DNA of 64,000 bases from the human T2T-CHM13v2.0 reference genome, Homo sapiens. The notes under the pieces were generated by a model. The model had not been told where the DNA came from, did no database searches, and saw only the letters and a list, made by a program, of their open reading frames with translations. How positions within the stretch are numbered: position 1 is the first letter of the stretch; each line of letters starts with the position of its first letter. The stretch is taken from NCBI GenBank assembly GCA_009914755.4, contig CP086569.2, positions 6,752,001 through 6,816,000 of the forward strand, in the 5' to 3' direction. The position numbers and the translations under genes were made by a program. This document shows positions 27,581 through 50,453 of this stretch, one piece after another.

Positions 27581-28951
27581 CAAATCAACAGAACAGAGAA
27601 CATGAGCCTCAGCCACGGAGCAGATATTAAAGTGCCTTTCAGTAGAGAACAGACCAAGGAAGTAACCCCACCAAATCTAGAAGGAGAAGATCTGAAAGCA
27701 ATACCAAGCTTGAGATACCAAGCACATATAAAATAATCCAAATCATCCAAAAATCACCATTTTTCAGGGTCACAGGGAACAGTCATCAAAACTTTACCAC
27801 ACACAGAACTATAGAGTTAGCCTAAAAACTGTTAAAGAGTCATCTTCTGAAATAACAATGCAATTCAGATGGGAGGAAGGGTGCCTAGAAAACATGACGA
27901 CAAATCTGGGAATTAGAAATGCATTTCTAACTATGAGGGACAAGGGGAGAACAGGGTGGGAATTAAAAATATTAAAATTGGAAATGACAGAGATGTTACA
28001 TAGCAAATTGGGAGATTCAGGTGAAGCAGTTCTTAGAGGGAAAAGTATTTATACTTGTTTCTAGAAAGCACATAAATAAACAAGTTCTAAAAATTAGAAT
28101 ATAACAGAAAGAAAACATGAGAAATATAAGAACATAAAAAGCAAATGTAACAGAGATAAAAAAGTCAAAGATGAGTTTTATTTTAAATTATCTATAAGGT
28201 AAACAGAGAACAAGCTAAATGACAAAATAGGAAAGTAACACGACAAAATAGGAAGGAGAGAACTTTCTGCAAAGCAAATGGCCCAATCTCCATGGCTGTT
28301 TAGTAGGAGGAAGAAAAGGCTCTGCTGGGTGAAAGGCCACCTACAGGGGGTGACCGAGCACACATAGGTGGGCTGAGGCTGGAGTGAAGTGCTGGGCCCA
28401 TGGCATGCCTCTCCTTGGTCTGGACTTTAGAGGAAACAGAAAGAAGCTTGCTGAAATGGAAAGGTGAATAAAAAAATAGATTTTTTAAACATAAATATAT
28501 ACATTATAACATATTTGTATCAGTCAGAGTTCATGGATTAAGTAGGTGGTATATGTTGAGAGATTTACTGTGAGGAACTGCTGCACACGACTGTGGGAAT
28601 GCTGGGCAGGCTTTCGGGTAGGAGCCTTGGTTCTAACCCCAAGGCCTCTCTGCAGCCTGAGTCAAGCCCATCACGCCACCTGGGACATCTGGCTTGACTC
28701 AGTCCAACATGCTGCAGATCAGAGCAGCATCCACCAAACACTGCCACACCAGCACCTGGGTGCATGCTTCTTTGAGTCATCCAGCAGTGTAGCTTCAAAA
28801 AACTGACACATAAACCTGACCATCAGACTGGTGTGTACATGTATTTGTGCATATAAACATGTACACATAAAAAAAGATCTGTTCTTCAGGTAGTGAAAAT
28901 GTGATTATTTTACATTCTATTTTTACTTACTGGTTTCTCCTAATTTTCTAA

Positions 28952-29278
<327 letters not shown>

Positions 29279-29510
29279 AATAAAGGTTACTTAAAAAAAA
29301 AAAAGAAAGAATAAAAAGAAGTGACTGCAAACAGTTCCAACATTAGGAAAAACATTGTTTTTCACCAGTAAGGATGGTATCATCCTTACTGTTCTCAGAA
29401 CAGTCAGCTGTAGGTGTTTCTCAGAATGTTCTCCATCAAACTGAGGAAATTCCCCTCTGTTCTTACTTTGCAGAGAACTTTCCTTGTAAATGGGTATGGA
29501 ATTACAAAAA

Positions 29511-29800
29511 AAATTTTTTTTTTTGAGACAGTATCTCACTTTGTTGCCCAGGCTGGAGTGCAGGTGTGGTCTTGGCTCACTGCAGCCTCCACCTCCTGGG
29601 CTCAAATGATCCTCCTGCCTCAGCCTCCAGAGTAGGTGGGACTACAGTTGCACCACCATGCCCGGCTAATTTTTGTACTTTTTTTAGACACGGGCTTTCA
29701 CCATGTTGCTCAGGCTGATCTGTAGCTCCTGGACAAAACAGTCCTCCCATCTCATCCTCCCAAAGTGCTGGGATTACAGGCATGAGCCACCGTGTTGGCC
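29511..29800 (-). mobile_element. Alu SINE
   Basis: 'ttttttttgagacagtatctcactttgttgcccaggctggagtgcagg ... ggcatgagccaccgtgttggcc'. Confidence 0.9.
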
Positions 29801-30164
29801 CTCAAATATCATTTTTAAAAAATACCTTCTTACATGAGCTTATGGCACTTATTTTATTATGTGAATATGGTATATTACATAAATTTTTAAAGGCTAAACC
29901 AAATTTGAACTTCTGAGAGAAACCCCACTTGCTCATGAAGTATCGTTATCCTTTATATCTGCTATAATTTAATTTATATCTCTATTACTGTGGGTATTTC
30001 TCTAATTTTGGCAACAACGTGTCCCTGATTCATAGTAAGACTGGGATGCATACCCTCCTCTGCTGTTAAAGGGGATCTATGTACTGATTTAATTCTTTAA
30101 ACATATAGTACAAATGACCAGGTAAGTCACCTGGGACTGATGGTTTCTTTGTTATTTTATTATA

Positions 30165-34919
<4,755 letters not shown>

Positions 34920-35962
34920 TCCATGTGGAGGGGGCTGCCAAGATGGCTGAATAGGAACAGCTCTGCTCTACAGCTCCCAGTGTGAGCAACGCAGAAGATG
35001 GGTGATTTCTGCATTTCCATCTGAGGTACCAGGTTCATCTCACTAGGGAGTGCCAGACAGCGGGCGCAGGACAGTGGGTGCAGCTCACCATGCGTGAGCT
35101 AAAGCAGGGTGAGGCATTGCCTCACTCAGGAAGCACACGGGGCCAGGGAGTTCCCTTTCCTAGTCAAAGAAAGGGGTGACAGATGGCACCTGGAAAATCG
35201 GATCACTCCCACCCTAATACTGCGCTTTTCTGATGGGCTTAAAAAACGGCGCACCAGGAGATTATATCCTGCACATGGCTCAGAGGGTCCTACACCCACG
35301 GAGTCTCACTGATTGCTAGCACAGCAGTCTGAGATCAAACTGCAAGGTGGCAGTGAGGCTGGGGGAGGGGTGCCCGCCATTGCCCAGGCTTGCGTAGGTA
35401 AACTAAGCAGCCGGGAAGCTCAAACTGGGTGGAGCCCACCACAGCTCAAGGAGGCCTGCCTGCCTCTGTAGGCTCCACCTCTGGGGACAGGGCACAGAAA
35501 AACAAAAAGACATCAGTAACCTCTGCAGACTTACATGTCCCTGTCTGACAGCTTTGAAGAGAGCAGTGGTTCTCCCAGCACGCAGCTGGAGATCTGAGAA
35601 GGGGCAGACTGCCTCCTCAAGTGGGTCCCTGACCCCTGACCCCCAAGCAGCCTAACTGGGAGGCACCCCCCAGTAGGGGCAGACTGACACCTCACATGGC
35701 CAGGTACTCCTCTGAGACAAAACTTCCAGAGGAATGATCAGACAGCAGCATTCGCAGTTCACAAAAATCCGCTGTTCTGCAGCCACCACTGCTGATACCC
35801 AGGCAAACAGGGTCTGGAGTGGGTCTCTAGCAAACTCCAACAGACCTGCAGCTGAGGGTCCTGTCGGTTAGAAGGAAAACTAACAAACAGAAAGGACATC
35901 CACACCAAAAACCCATCTGTACATCACCATCATCAAAGACCAAAAGTAGATAAAATCACAAA

Positions 35963-36978
35963 GATGGGGAAAAAACAGAGCAGAAAAACTGGAAACTCTA
36001 AAAAGCAGAGCACCTCTCCTCCTTCAAAGGAACAGAGTTCCTCATCAGCAATGGAACAAAGCTGGACAGAGGATGACTTTGGCGAGTTGAGAGAAGAAGG
36101 CTTCAGATGATCAAACTACTCTGAGCTATAGGAGGAAATTCAAACCAAAGGCAAAGAAGTTGAAAACTTTGAAAAAAATTTAGATGAATGTCTAACTAGA
36201 ATAACCAATACAGAGAAGTGCTTAAAGGAGTTGATGGAGCTGAAAGCCAAGGCTTGAGAACTACGTGAAGAATTCAGAAGCCTCAGGAGCTGATGCGAAC
36301 AACTGGAAGAAAGTGTATCAGTGATGGAAGATGAAATGAATAAAATGAAGCAAGAAGGGAAGTTTAGAGAAAAAAGAATTAAAAAAAAATGAAGAAAGCC
36401 TCAAGAAATATGGGACTATGTGAAAAGACCAAATCTACGTCTGATTGGTGTACTGAAAGTGATGGGGAGAATGGAACCAAGTTGGAAAACACTCTGCAGG
36501 ATATTATCCAGAAGGACTTCCCCAATCTAGCAAGACAGGTCAACATTCAGATTCAGGAAATACAGAGAACACCACAAAGATACTCTTCAAGAAGAGCAAC
36601 TCCAAGACACATAATTGTCAGATTCACCAAAGTTGAAATGAAGGAAAAAATGTTAAGGGCAGCCAGAGAGATAGGTCGGGTTACCCTCAAAGGGAAGCCC
36701 ATCAGACTAACAGCTGATCTCTTGGCAGAAACTCTACAAGCCAGAAGAGAGTGGGGCCAATATTCAACATTCTTAAAGAAAAGAATTTTCAACCCAGAAT
36801 TTCACATCCAGCCAAACTAAGCTTCATAAGTGAAGGAGAAATAAAATACTTTACAGACAAGCAAATGCTGAGAGATTTTGTCACCACCAGGCCTGCCCTA
36901 AAAGAGCTCCTGAAGGTAGCGCTAAACATGGAAAGGAACAACCGGTACCAGCCACTGCAAAATCATGCCAAGTTGTAA
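35963..36978 (+). pseudogene. L1 ORF1 (disrupted)
   Basis: 'MGKKQSRKTGNSKKQSTSPPSKEQSSSSAMEQSWTEDDFGELREEGFR*' has a premature TGA in the 'ttcagatgatcaaact' context. Frameshifts follow further downstream (ORF fragments 36389-36820 and 36751-36978). Confidence 0.85.
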
Positions 36979-37041
36979 AGACCATTGAGGCTAGGAAGAA
37001 ACTGCATCAACTAATGAGCAAAATAACCAGCTAACATCATA

Positions 37042-40382
<3,341 letters not shown>

Positions 40383-40579
40383 ACAATGAGAACACATGGA
40401 CACAGGAAGGGGAACATCACACTCTGGGGACTGTTGTGGGGTAGGGGTAGTGGGGAAGGATAGCATTAGAAGATATACCTAATGCTAGATGACGAGTTAA
40501 TGGGTGCGGCACACCAGCATGGCACATGTATACATATGTAACTAACCTGCACATTGTGCACATGTACCCTAAAACTTAA

Positions 40580-40883
<304 letters not shown>

Positions 40884-41464
40884 CCACTGACTTTCTGAAC
40901 CCCGAGTGTATTAGCCACCATAACAGACACCTTTTGTCTGATACATTCTGTGGATCATATTCCTTTTTTATATATAATTTTACCTTTTATTTTAGATTTG
41001 AGTGGTACAGGTACAGGTTTGTTTCATGGGTATATCATGTGACACTGAGGTTTGGAATGCAGATGATCCCATCACCCAGGTACTGAGCATAGCACCCCAC
41101 AGGTAGTGTTTCAGCCCTGGCCCCTCCATCTCTCCACCCTCTAGTATTCCCTAGTATCTACTGTTCCCAACTTTGTGTGCATGTATAGATTGTATTTCTT
41201 AGATTTCTCTAAATAACGGGGCAGGGAAGGTAGTGTGAACGATGTAAAGGTGTGCCAAATTGGTTCTGCAGAATTAATGTTTTTTGAATAAAGTATTCAA
41301 TTTTCTCAAGTGAGCAGGCCAGTTTCTCAAGAAAAATTTCATTTGAATCCTCCACCCCGAGCCTGCGGAGAGAAAGAGAGAGAGGGAGGGAGAGAGACCT
41401 GTTAAGAGTTGTACTTGTTCTCCTGCAGTGATATGACTTATTTCTTAATGACAACCCTTGCCGT

Positions 41465-41752
41465 TTTTCTTTTTTTTTTTTTTTTTTTGGAGCCAGAGTC
41501 TCACTCTGTCACCCAGGCTGGGGTACAGTGACCAGATAACAGCTCACTGCAACCTTCACCTCCTCGGTTCTCCTGCCTCAGCCTCCTGAGTAGCTGGGAC
41601 TACAGGTGCCCACCACCACGACTGGCTAATTTTTGTATTTTTAGTAGAGACACGGTTTAGTCCAGACAGGGTCTGGATCTCTTGACTTTGTAATTCATCC
41701 GCCTCAGCCTCCCAGAGTGCTAGGGTTACAGGCATGAGCCACCGAGCCCAGC
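41465..41752 (-). mobile_element. Alu SINE with an 8-bp target-site duplication
   Basis: 'aacccttg' is present at 41453-41460 and at 41753-41760. Confidence 0.9.
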
Positions 41753-42183
41753 CAACCCTTGTTGTTTTCTAAGAGAAAAAAAAGGAGAATGAATGAAATG
41801 TTAAAAGTGGTATTATGTATAATTTTTAAGAGCATAAAGAGAAAATGAAGAATTATAAAAACAAAGGCCAGGAAAGCAAACAGTGTTCTTCCTCCATGTG
41901 GTAGCCAGATGATGTTTTAGGCAAATACCCTGCAAACTGCACAGCCACGTACTCATCTCAAAGGTCTTTCCATGGAGCAACAGCAGTTTTGATCATATCG
42001 TCGTTACCACCATCACCACTTTCTTTCACTCATGTGAAACACCTCTGCAGTGGTTTGGTTTTGTTTTTGTTGGTGGGTTTGGTGGTTGGTAGCTGAGTTT
42101 GTTTCTGGCTTAAAGGGCACATTTGATGAAGAAATCGTTTATGTTTTCAAATATGTAGGCTTTAGTAAACTATCTCACTCTGA

Positions 42184-42590
<407 letters not shown>

Positions 42591-43563
42591 CTAGAACCAC
42601 GTTAAACAACAATGGCTTACCACATTCATGCTTCCATGGGACATGGCAAGTTCACTTCGAGACTGCACCTTTATTTATCTTTTGTTATTCTTCACCATAC
42701 ATCCATCTTACTTTGTAGGGTCTTCACAATGATGAATGGCCCAAGACTCATATGGTCAGAACTGAGATCTGAGACTGTCAGCCAGATCAGTGTCCCAATA
42801 TTTATTTCTGCTTGGAATGTTATTCAAGATATTCAGTATATTCAACAAATATTCAATATTCAACAAAATATTTAATGCTATTCAAAATATTCAATAACAG
42901 ATACAGGAACTGACTAAGGAGAAGGATCCTTGTCAAAATGCATCACCAGCATGAGAAGATTGGGAGTCCCAATCTGGTGTGTGACATCCAGAGACCTGAG
43001 GTCTGGGACAGAGGCTCTTTTATCTATCACTGCAGAGGTGTGGCAATATTTTAAACCCAAGAATATCCCAAGAAATATTGTAAAGCCATGAAATGTATAC
43101 ACATTGGCTGATCAACCTTGTTTCTGCTCAAAGCCATCTTATGAGTGTTTGGTAGTAGAATCCTCCATTCAAACAATCTAACCCAAAACAAATGGAGACA
43201 TTGAATGATTCCAAGTAAACAATGGGCTCTCAATTTCAGGGAAAAGAAATGGCCATATTTCGACTCATTCTGAGCATATACTTTTAAGGTAGAGAAAGAG
43301 GCAGAAAAAAATAGTAAGTATTTCCTGACACAGCAATGCTCACTCTTTCCATAGAATGTTGTAGCAGCCCCCTCAAGACTGATAATGACCTGCAGAATGA
43401 ATACCAAGGACACTCACAGGATATAAGGGTCATCTTGAAGCTTAACAGTTCTAACCTCCCCCTCCTCTGGCACATTGCCCCAGTGGGAACAGGCTTTTTT
43501 TGGAATTAAAACAAACAAACAAACAAACAATTCCCCAATTATACTAGATTGGCACAAAAGTGA

Positions 43564-43920
<357 letters not shown>

Positions 43921-44329
43921 TAATATAAGCTTACATTTTGGTCTACGCAAATCCTCCAGCAACTATACTTCAGAACAGCATGAAAAAATACGCAGCTTCT
44001 CAGGGAAGTGGAACAATTGGTGCCTGTAACTGTCTGTAAAAGCCACTTTCTCCTCAGCCATGGGATGCAGGAGGCATGTTCTTCCTGCTGGGTCATGAGG
44101 ATGTAGCCTCTGCCACATTCTGAGATCAAATTCCAAGATTCATCTGGCCCTCAGTCATCATTGCCAAGTGTAAAACTACAGCTCCAGTGTACACATTGGA
44201 AGTGGAAGAATAAGATACATGCACCATTACTCCCAGGGTAGAATCAAATCCATCATCTTCTGGCAAACTCAAAGCATGGATGCTAAACACAGAAATAGAC
44301 TCTTGATGGCAATGTAAATTAATTCACCA

Positions 44330-44870
44330 GCAGTCAAAAGCTGTTTGGAGAGTTCTCAAGGAACTCAGAACTACCATTAGACCCATCAATCCCATTACTG
44401 CTTATATACCCAAGGAAAAATATAACCTTCTGACATAAAGACACCTGCACACACATGTTCATTGCAGCTCTACTTACAATAGCAAAGACACAGAATCAAC
44501 CCTAGTGCCCATCCATGTGGAGTGGGTAAGGAAAATATGGTACTTATACACCATGGAATACACAGCCATAAAAAAGAATAAAATCATGTCCTTTGTAGCA
44601 ACAAAGATGCAGCTGGAGGCCATTATTCTAAGCAAATTAATGCAAGAACAGAAAACCAAAGATGGCCTATTCTCACTTATAAAGTGGGAAGTAAACATTG
44701 GGTACTCATGGACATAAGGATACGAACAATAGACACTGGGGACTACTAGAGGGGAGAGGAAGGAAGGGAGACAGGGCTGGGAAAGTACCCCCTGGGTACT
44801 ATGCTCACTACCTGGGTGATGAGATTCATACAGGAGCTAGAAAGAAATTATTCAGACAAATAGTGAGGGT
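44330..44870 (+). mobile_element. L1 3'-end fragment (older L1P/L1M)
   Basis: '...atcaatcccattactgcttatatacccaaggaaa ... gcagctctacttacaatagcaaagacacagaatcaaccctagtgcccatcca ... cttatacaccatggaatacacagccataaaaaagaataaaatcatgtcctttgtagcaacaaagatgcagctggaggccattattctaagcaaattaatgcaagaacagaaaaccaaa'. Confidence 0.85.
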
Positions 44871-45882
44871 AAAAGAGTCCTCGGTGGAATTTCTCTTAAC
44901 AAAAGGAAGCTCCAAAATCATATCTTTTCTAACAAAGAGCAGCCTGAAAAATCATGCTGCAGACCTAGATAAACAAGGCGGAAGCTTGCACAGGTGAATG
45001 CCGGCAGCTGTGCCAATAGAAAAGGGCTACCTGGGGGCCAGGCACGTTCAACATGGAGGCTCCATCTTCCCTTTTCTTTTTCACAACGTGTACCTTAAAG
45101 GAACAGGCAACATAGTGCCAACCAGGTAGAGAATCCATCTGCATAATTAAAGATTAGGGTGAAGGTGGCCAGGTTTTGGTGCCCTGTGCAAATGGCATGC
45201 CTAGCCCTAACCAGTTTTTTTACCCTATGCAAATAACACACCTGGTCCAACCAATCTCTTGCATGCAATCTAAATCAGACACGGTGTCATCAAGCTCATC
45301 TATAAAACCATTACGTTTTGTCGCAGACCAGAAAACACACTCAGGACCCCCTCTTTGCAGAAGAGAGCTCTTCTCGTTCCTTCACCTGTTAAACTTCCTC
45401 CCTTAACTTCACTCCTTGTGTCCCTGTCCTTGATTTCCTCAGTGTGAGACAACGAACCTCAGGTGTCACCCTAGATGAATGATGCCACTTCAGGATCATT
45501 CAACCCCCAGACCGCAGTATCATACATTATATCCATGTAAAAAACCCACACATGAACCCCCTGAATCTAAAATAAAAGTCATTTTTTTTAAAAAGAAATA
45601 CACTCTAAAGGACATATATTGTATGATTTCACATATATGAGTACCTCTATAATAGGCAAATTCATGGAGACAAAGTAGAATGGTGGTTACTAGGAGGTGG
45701 GGAAGTAGAGAACAGGGTGTTAGTGTTTAATGGGACAGAGTTTCAGTATGGAAGATAAAGAATTTCCAGAGATGGATGGTGGTGGCAGTTGCACAATATG
45801 AGTGCACTTAATGCCACTCAACTGTACACTTGAAAATAGCTAAAATGGTCAATTTTGTCTTATGTATACTTTGCCACACAAT

Positions 45883-46010
45883 TTTTTTTTTTTTGAGATG
45901 GTGTCTTGGTATGTGGGCCAGGCAGGTCTTGAACTCCCGCCCTCAAGTGATCTTCCCACCTCAGTCTCCCATAGTGCTGAAATTACAGGCATAAGCCACT
46001 GTGCCCAGTG
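45883..46010 (-). mobile_element. Half-Alu (left monomer only) with a target-site duplication
   Basis: T-run followed by 'gagatggtgtcttggtatgtgggccaggcaggtcttgaactcc ... ggcataagccactgtgcccag'. The 'tttgccaca' sequence repeats at 45870-45878 and at 46011-46019. Confidence 0.8.
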
Positions 46011-46794
46011 TTTGCCACAGTTCCTAAAATGACACACACAGACTTGGTATCTTTATAAAGGAAGAGCAGTGAAGTCTCTTCCTTTAGTGCAGTCTAGTGC
46101 AGACTAGAAAGACAGCCAAGGTTTCAGAGGCTCATCTTTGATCCCTGGTTTCCAGGCACCCGTCCCTGTGACCCATCGCAGCCCATGTGCTGCACACCTC
46201 TCCCAGGAATGCATTATTTTATTTGCTCTTTTTCTGCAAAACTGCCAAAGTTGATATTTTGTCATAAGCAGCCCTACTCGTGAACCACGTAGCAATGCTC
46301 TGGAGGAAGAATATACAAAATCACTTTCTGGTGACTGTAAGAAGTCCTTTCATCAGAAACTGGATTGAAAGTGTTGGATGAAAATGAAAACCCCGATCTC
46401 ACTGGAGCTGGTGTGTGGCAGCCCCAGCCTGTGGTTAGTGAAGCCCCAGGGCTTCCCTGCAGGCTGACAGTGCGTCAGTGGCTGAGGCTGGTAATGAACA
46501 CCCCAGGGATTGCCTCTCTCCCAGGAATTCTCTCACTGCTAGTGGGAAAGAAGAAACAGGCATGGTTTTCCTTCATAATTCCTCAGGGCTCACAGACAGA
46601 CCGATTAGCCTACACGTGAAATAAACATGAAGTTTCCCTATCAGGAACCAATCTAAATGCAGGGATATTTAAATGATGTCAGCCCAATACAGCCCAAGGG
46701 TGATCAGAAACCCATCCCATTACAGGGAGCTTCAGAACATGACAAACCAGTACTTCAAAGGTGAATGATTAAAAGGTTTGAGAATGTACCCAAG

Positions 46795-46960
46795 TTAAAA
46801 TATTTGTTTATATATATATGTTTTTTATATATGTTTATATAAATGAGTGTATATATATAAACAAGTGTATATATAACCAAATATATATATGTGTATATAT
46901 ATATAACCAAATATATATATGTATATATATAACCAAATATATATACATATATATTTGAGA
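46795..46960. repeat. AT-rich minisatellite (~25-bp unit 'tatatataaccaaatatatatatgt', three or more copies) plus (TA)n
   Basis: Direct inspection of 46800-46960. Confidence 0.9.
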
Positions 46961-46985
46961 GAGAGAGACAGAGAGAGAGAGAGAC
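46958..46985. repeat. (GA)n/(GAGAGAGAC)n simple repeat
   Basis: 'gagagagagacagagagagagagagacag'. Confidence 0.9.
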
Positions 46986-47515
46986 AGGGTCTCTCTGTCT
47001 TCCAGGCTGGAGTGTAGCAGTGCAATCACAGCTCACTGCAGCCTCAAACTCCTGAGCTCAAGCAATCCACCTGCTTCAACCTCTCTAGTTACTGGGGCTA
47101 CAGGTGTGCACCACCACACTCAGCTAATTTTTAGTATTTTGTAGAGATGGGGGTCTCACAATGTTCCCCATGCTGGTGCTGAACTCCTCAGCCTCCTGAG
47201 TCGTTGAAACTACAAGTGGGTGCCACCACACATAGCTATTTTTTAAAAATTTTTGTAGACGTGGAGTCTCAATGTGTTGCCCAGTCTAGTCTCAAACTTC
47301 TGGGCTCAACAATTGCCTCACTTCAGCCTCCCAAGTGCTTGAGACTATAGGTGTGTGCAAACACACTCAGCTAATTTTTTATTTTTTGTAGACACAGAGT
47401 CCTATAGTGTTGCCCAGGCTGCTATCAAACTCCTGGGCTCAAGTGATCCTACTGCATCAGCTTCCCAAGGTGCTGGGATTACAGGCATGAGCTACTACGC
47501 CAGGCCTCATTTTCT
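46985..47515 (-). repeat. Tandem array of about four Alu-derived ~130-bp units (monomer-like fragments)
   Basis: The pattern 'ctcctgagctcaagcaatcc...cctc...gctacaggtgtgcaccaccacactcagctaatttttagtattttgtagagatggggg/tctcacaatgtt' recurs with about 130-bp periodicity at about 47040, 47170, 47300 and 47430. Confidence 0.7.
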
Positions 47516-47606
47516 TTCTCTGCTTTTTGCAGAAAAAGGCAATTAGAATTATATTAGAAAAAAAGCCAAGGAAACATGATCCATGTGTACCACAGGGGGG
47601 AGACAC

Positions 47607-47910
47607 TTTTTTTTTTTTTTTTTTTTTTTGAGATGGAGTCTCCCTTTGTCACCCTGGCTGCAGTCCAATGGTGTGATCTTGGCTCACTGCAAGATCCGTC
47701 TCCCGGGTTCAAGTGATTTCCCTGCCTCAGGCTCCTGAGTAGCTGGGACTACAGGCGCATGCCACCACACCTGGCTAACTTTCATGTTTTTAGTAGAGAT
47801 GGGATTTCACCATGTTGACCAGGCTGGTCTCAAACTCCTGACCTCAGGTGATCTACCCACCTTGGACTCCCAAAGTACTGGGATGACAGGTGTGAGCCTC
47901 CACTCCTGGG
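47607..47910 (-). mobile_element. Alu SINE with a 9-bp target-site duplication
   Basis: 'gacactttt' is present at 47598-47606 and at 47911-47919. Confidence 0.9.
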
Positions 47911-48140
47911 TGACACTTTTATTTCAAAAACAAACAATATAAAATTTCAGTTAGGAGGAATAAGTTCAAGGGATCCATTGTACAATACGGGGACTGTAGT
48001 TCACAACAATGTATTACATACTTGAAAATTACTGAGAGCAGATTTTAAATATTCTCATCTGACACAAAAAAGATAAATATATAAGGTGATATATGAGTTA
48101 ATTAGTTCAATTTAGCCACTCTGCAATGTGCATATATTTC

Positions 48141-48445
<305 letters not shown>

Positions 48446-48498
48446 GGTGATATTATGCTCCATAAATATATGCAATTTTTAAAAAGAAAAAAGAAAAG

Positions 48499-48805
48499 GC
48501 TGGGCACAGTGGCTCATACCTGTAATCCCAGCACTTTGGAAGGTGAGGTGGGTGGATCACCTGAAGTCAGGGGTTTGAGACCAATCTGGCGAACATGGTG
48601 AAACCCCATCTCTACTAAAAGTACAAAAATTAGCTGGGTGTGGTGGCATGCACCTATAATCCCAGCTATTCAGAAGGCTGAGGCAGGAGAATTGCTTGAA
48701 CCAGGGAGGTGGAGTTTCCAGTGAGCTGAGATTGTGCCACTAGACTCCAGCCTGGGGGACAGAGTGAGACTCCATCTCAATCAATCAATAAATCAATAAT
48801 AAATA
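48499..48805 (+). mobile_element. Alu SINE with a (CAAT/AAAT)n-type tail
   Basis: 'ggctgggcacagtggctcatacctgtaatcccagcactttggaaggtgaggtgggtggatcacc...'. The tail is 'tcaatcaatcaataaatcaataataaat'. Confidence 0.9.
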
Positions 48806-49479
48806 TCCTTCCTGCCAAATCTTTTTTTAAGAATTTTGTTGTTTCCATTGACATATAATAACTGTCCATATTCCTGGGATACACAGTGATATTTCAATAT
48901 ATATAATGTATAGTGGTCACAGCAGGGTAATTGGCATATTCATCATCTTACACATGTACCATTTCTTTGTGTTGGCAACATTTAATATCCTCTCGGCTAC
49001 TTGAAACTGTATATTATTGTTGCCTAGAGTCATCCTACAGTGCTATAGAACACTAGAACTTATTCCCACTCTCTACCTGTAACTTTGTATCCTTTAACAA
49101 ATCTTACTTTTAAGTAGGCAGGTGGGTTCATAGTTTCATGCAAAACTCATGCCTGCAAATGATGTACAACAGTCTCCCATGTGAAAAGGCAACTAAAAAT
49201 GATAAAGTTCAGGCTTTGCTTCTGGTACTTAGTGATTTGTATTTTATAGCTTGCCCATTTCCCAAAAACTCATGATCCATGAGTTGAATGAGAGTATTTT
49301 CACACCAGTAGTTACCATTTTAGGGAGACCAAAACAAAAAAATGCTTTTTTGAGAAGAAGAAAATTACCTTAGTTGTACAACATTAGGACAAAGTGATTT
49401 TGATGAAATCTGTAGTCTAACAATGACTTGCATTGATAGAGCTTGCTAAAGACAGGATTTATATTACCCTTAAATAAAA

Positions 49480-49735
49480 ATTGAACCCCAAGGTGATGGT
49501 GTTAGGAGGTGAGGCCTTTGGAATGTGATGAAGTCAGGAGCCTCATGAATGGCACTAGTGCCCTTATAAAACGGACCTCAGAGAGCTCCCTCACCCTTTC
49601 CATCATGTGAGGACGTGGCGAGAAGGTGCCAAGTCTATGAAGCAGGAAGCCCTCACCAGACAATGAATCTGCCACACCTTGATCCTGGACTCCAGAGCTG
49701 TGAGCAATAAATCTCTTTTGTTTAACCCAATTCCC
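49480..49735 (+). mobile_element. MaLR LTR (MLT1-type) fragment
   Basis: '...gtgatggtgttaggaggtgaggcctttggaa...catcatgtgaggacgtggcgagaaggtgccaagtctatgaagcaggaagccctcaccagac...ccttgatcctggactccagagctgtgagcaataaatctcttttgtttaac'. Confidence 0.7.
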
Positions 49736-50149
49736 ATGTGCCCCGAGAATACTCTTGACTCTAATCCCAATGTAACAGAAATGTATATGATTTTACATTA
49801 GAATTAGACACAAGCTCTGTTTAGAAATAACTCCAAGAACAGTTTTTGTATTTTATTTTCACACTGAAAATCAATCAGATTTGCTTCAGCCTCAAAGAGC
49901 AAGCATGTTTATGTAAAATTAAATGAACGCAGGCAGTGAGCTGCACCATTTTTTTTTCTAAATGGGAAATGGGTTAAAAGCCATTCATTATATTTTGTAT
50001 TTTGTCATAGCAGTCAAAATGAATTAAGTCAGAGCTCCAGTTTTCTACCCCAGAGGATAGAAAACATTGGTGTCATTTTGCTACTGTTTTGATGTTCTTT
50101 TTATAAAGGATGAAGGAAGGACATACCATGTGAATTCTACTTTTTAGCT

Positions 50150-50453
50150 TTTTTTCTTTTGAGATGCAGTTTTGCTGTTATCACCTGGGCTGTAGTGCAG
50201 AGGCATGATCTTGGCTCATTGTAGCCTCTGCCTCCTGGTTCAAGCAATTCTCCTTCCTCAGCATCCCAAGTAGCTGGGACTACAGGTGCCTGCTACCATG
50301 CCCAGCTAATTTTTTTTTTTTTTTTTTTTTTTTAGTAGAGACAGGATTTCATCATGTTGGCCATGCTTGTCTCGAACTCCTGACCTCCGGTGATCTGCCT
50401 GCCTCAGCTTCCGAAAGTGCTGGGATTACAGACATGAGCCACCACACCCAGGG
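50150..50453 (-). mobile_element. Alu SINE with its middle A-rich linker expanded to about T28 (as read on the plus strand)
   Basis: T28 run at 50293-50320 between the two Alu arms. Confidence 0.9.

Noticed and set aside
35109-35312. ORFs of 67 and 85 aa in the L1 5' UTRs, in the sense orientation (also 60067-60324 on the minus strand)
   Set aside because: These are the well-known fortuitous upstream ORFs of the L1 5' UTR. Both L1 copies have the same reading, 'REFPF..VKERGD'. There is no evidence that they encode a product, unlike the antisense ORF0.
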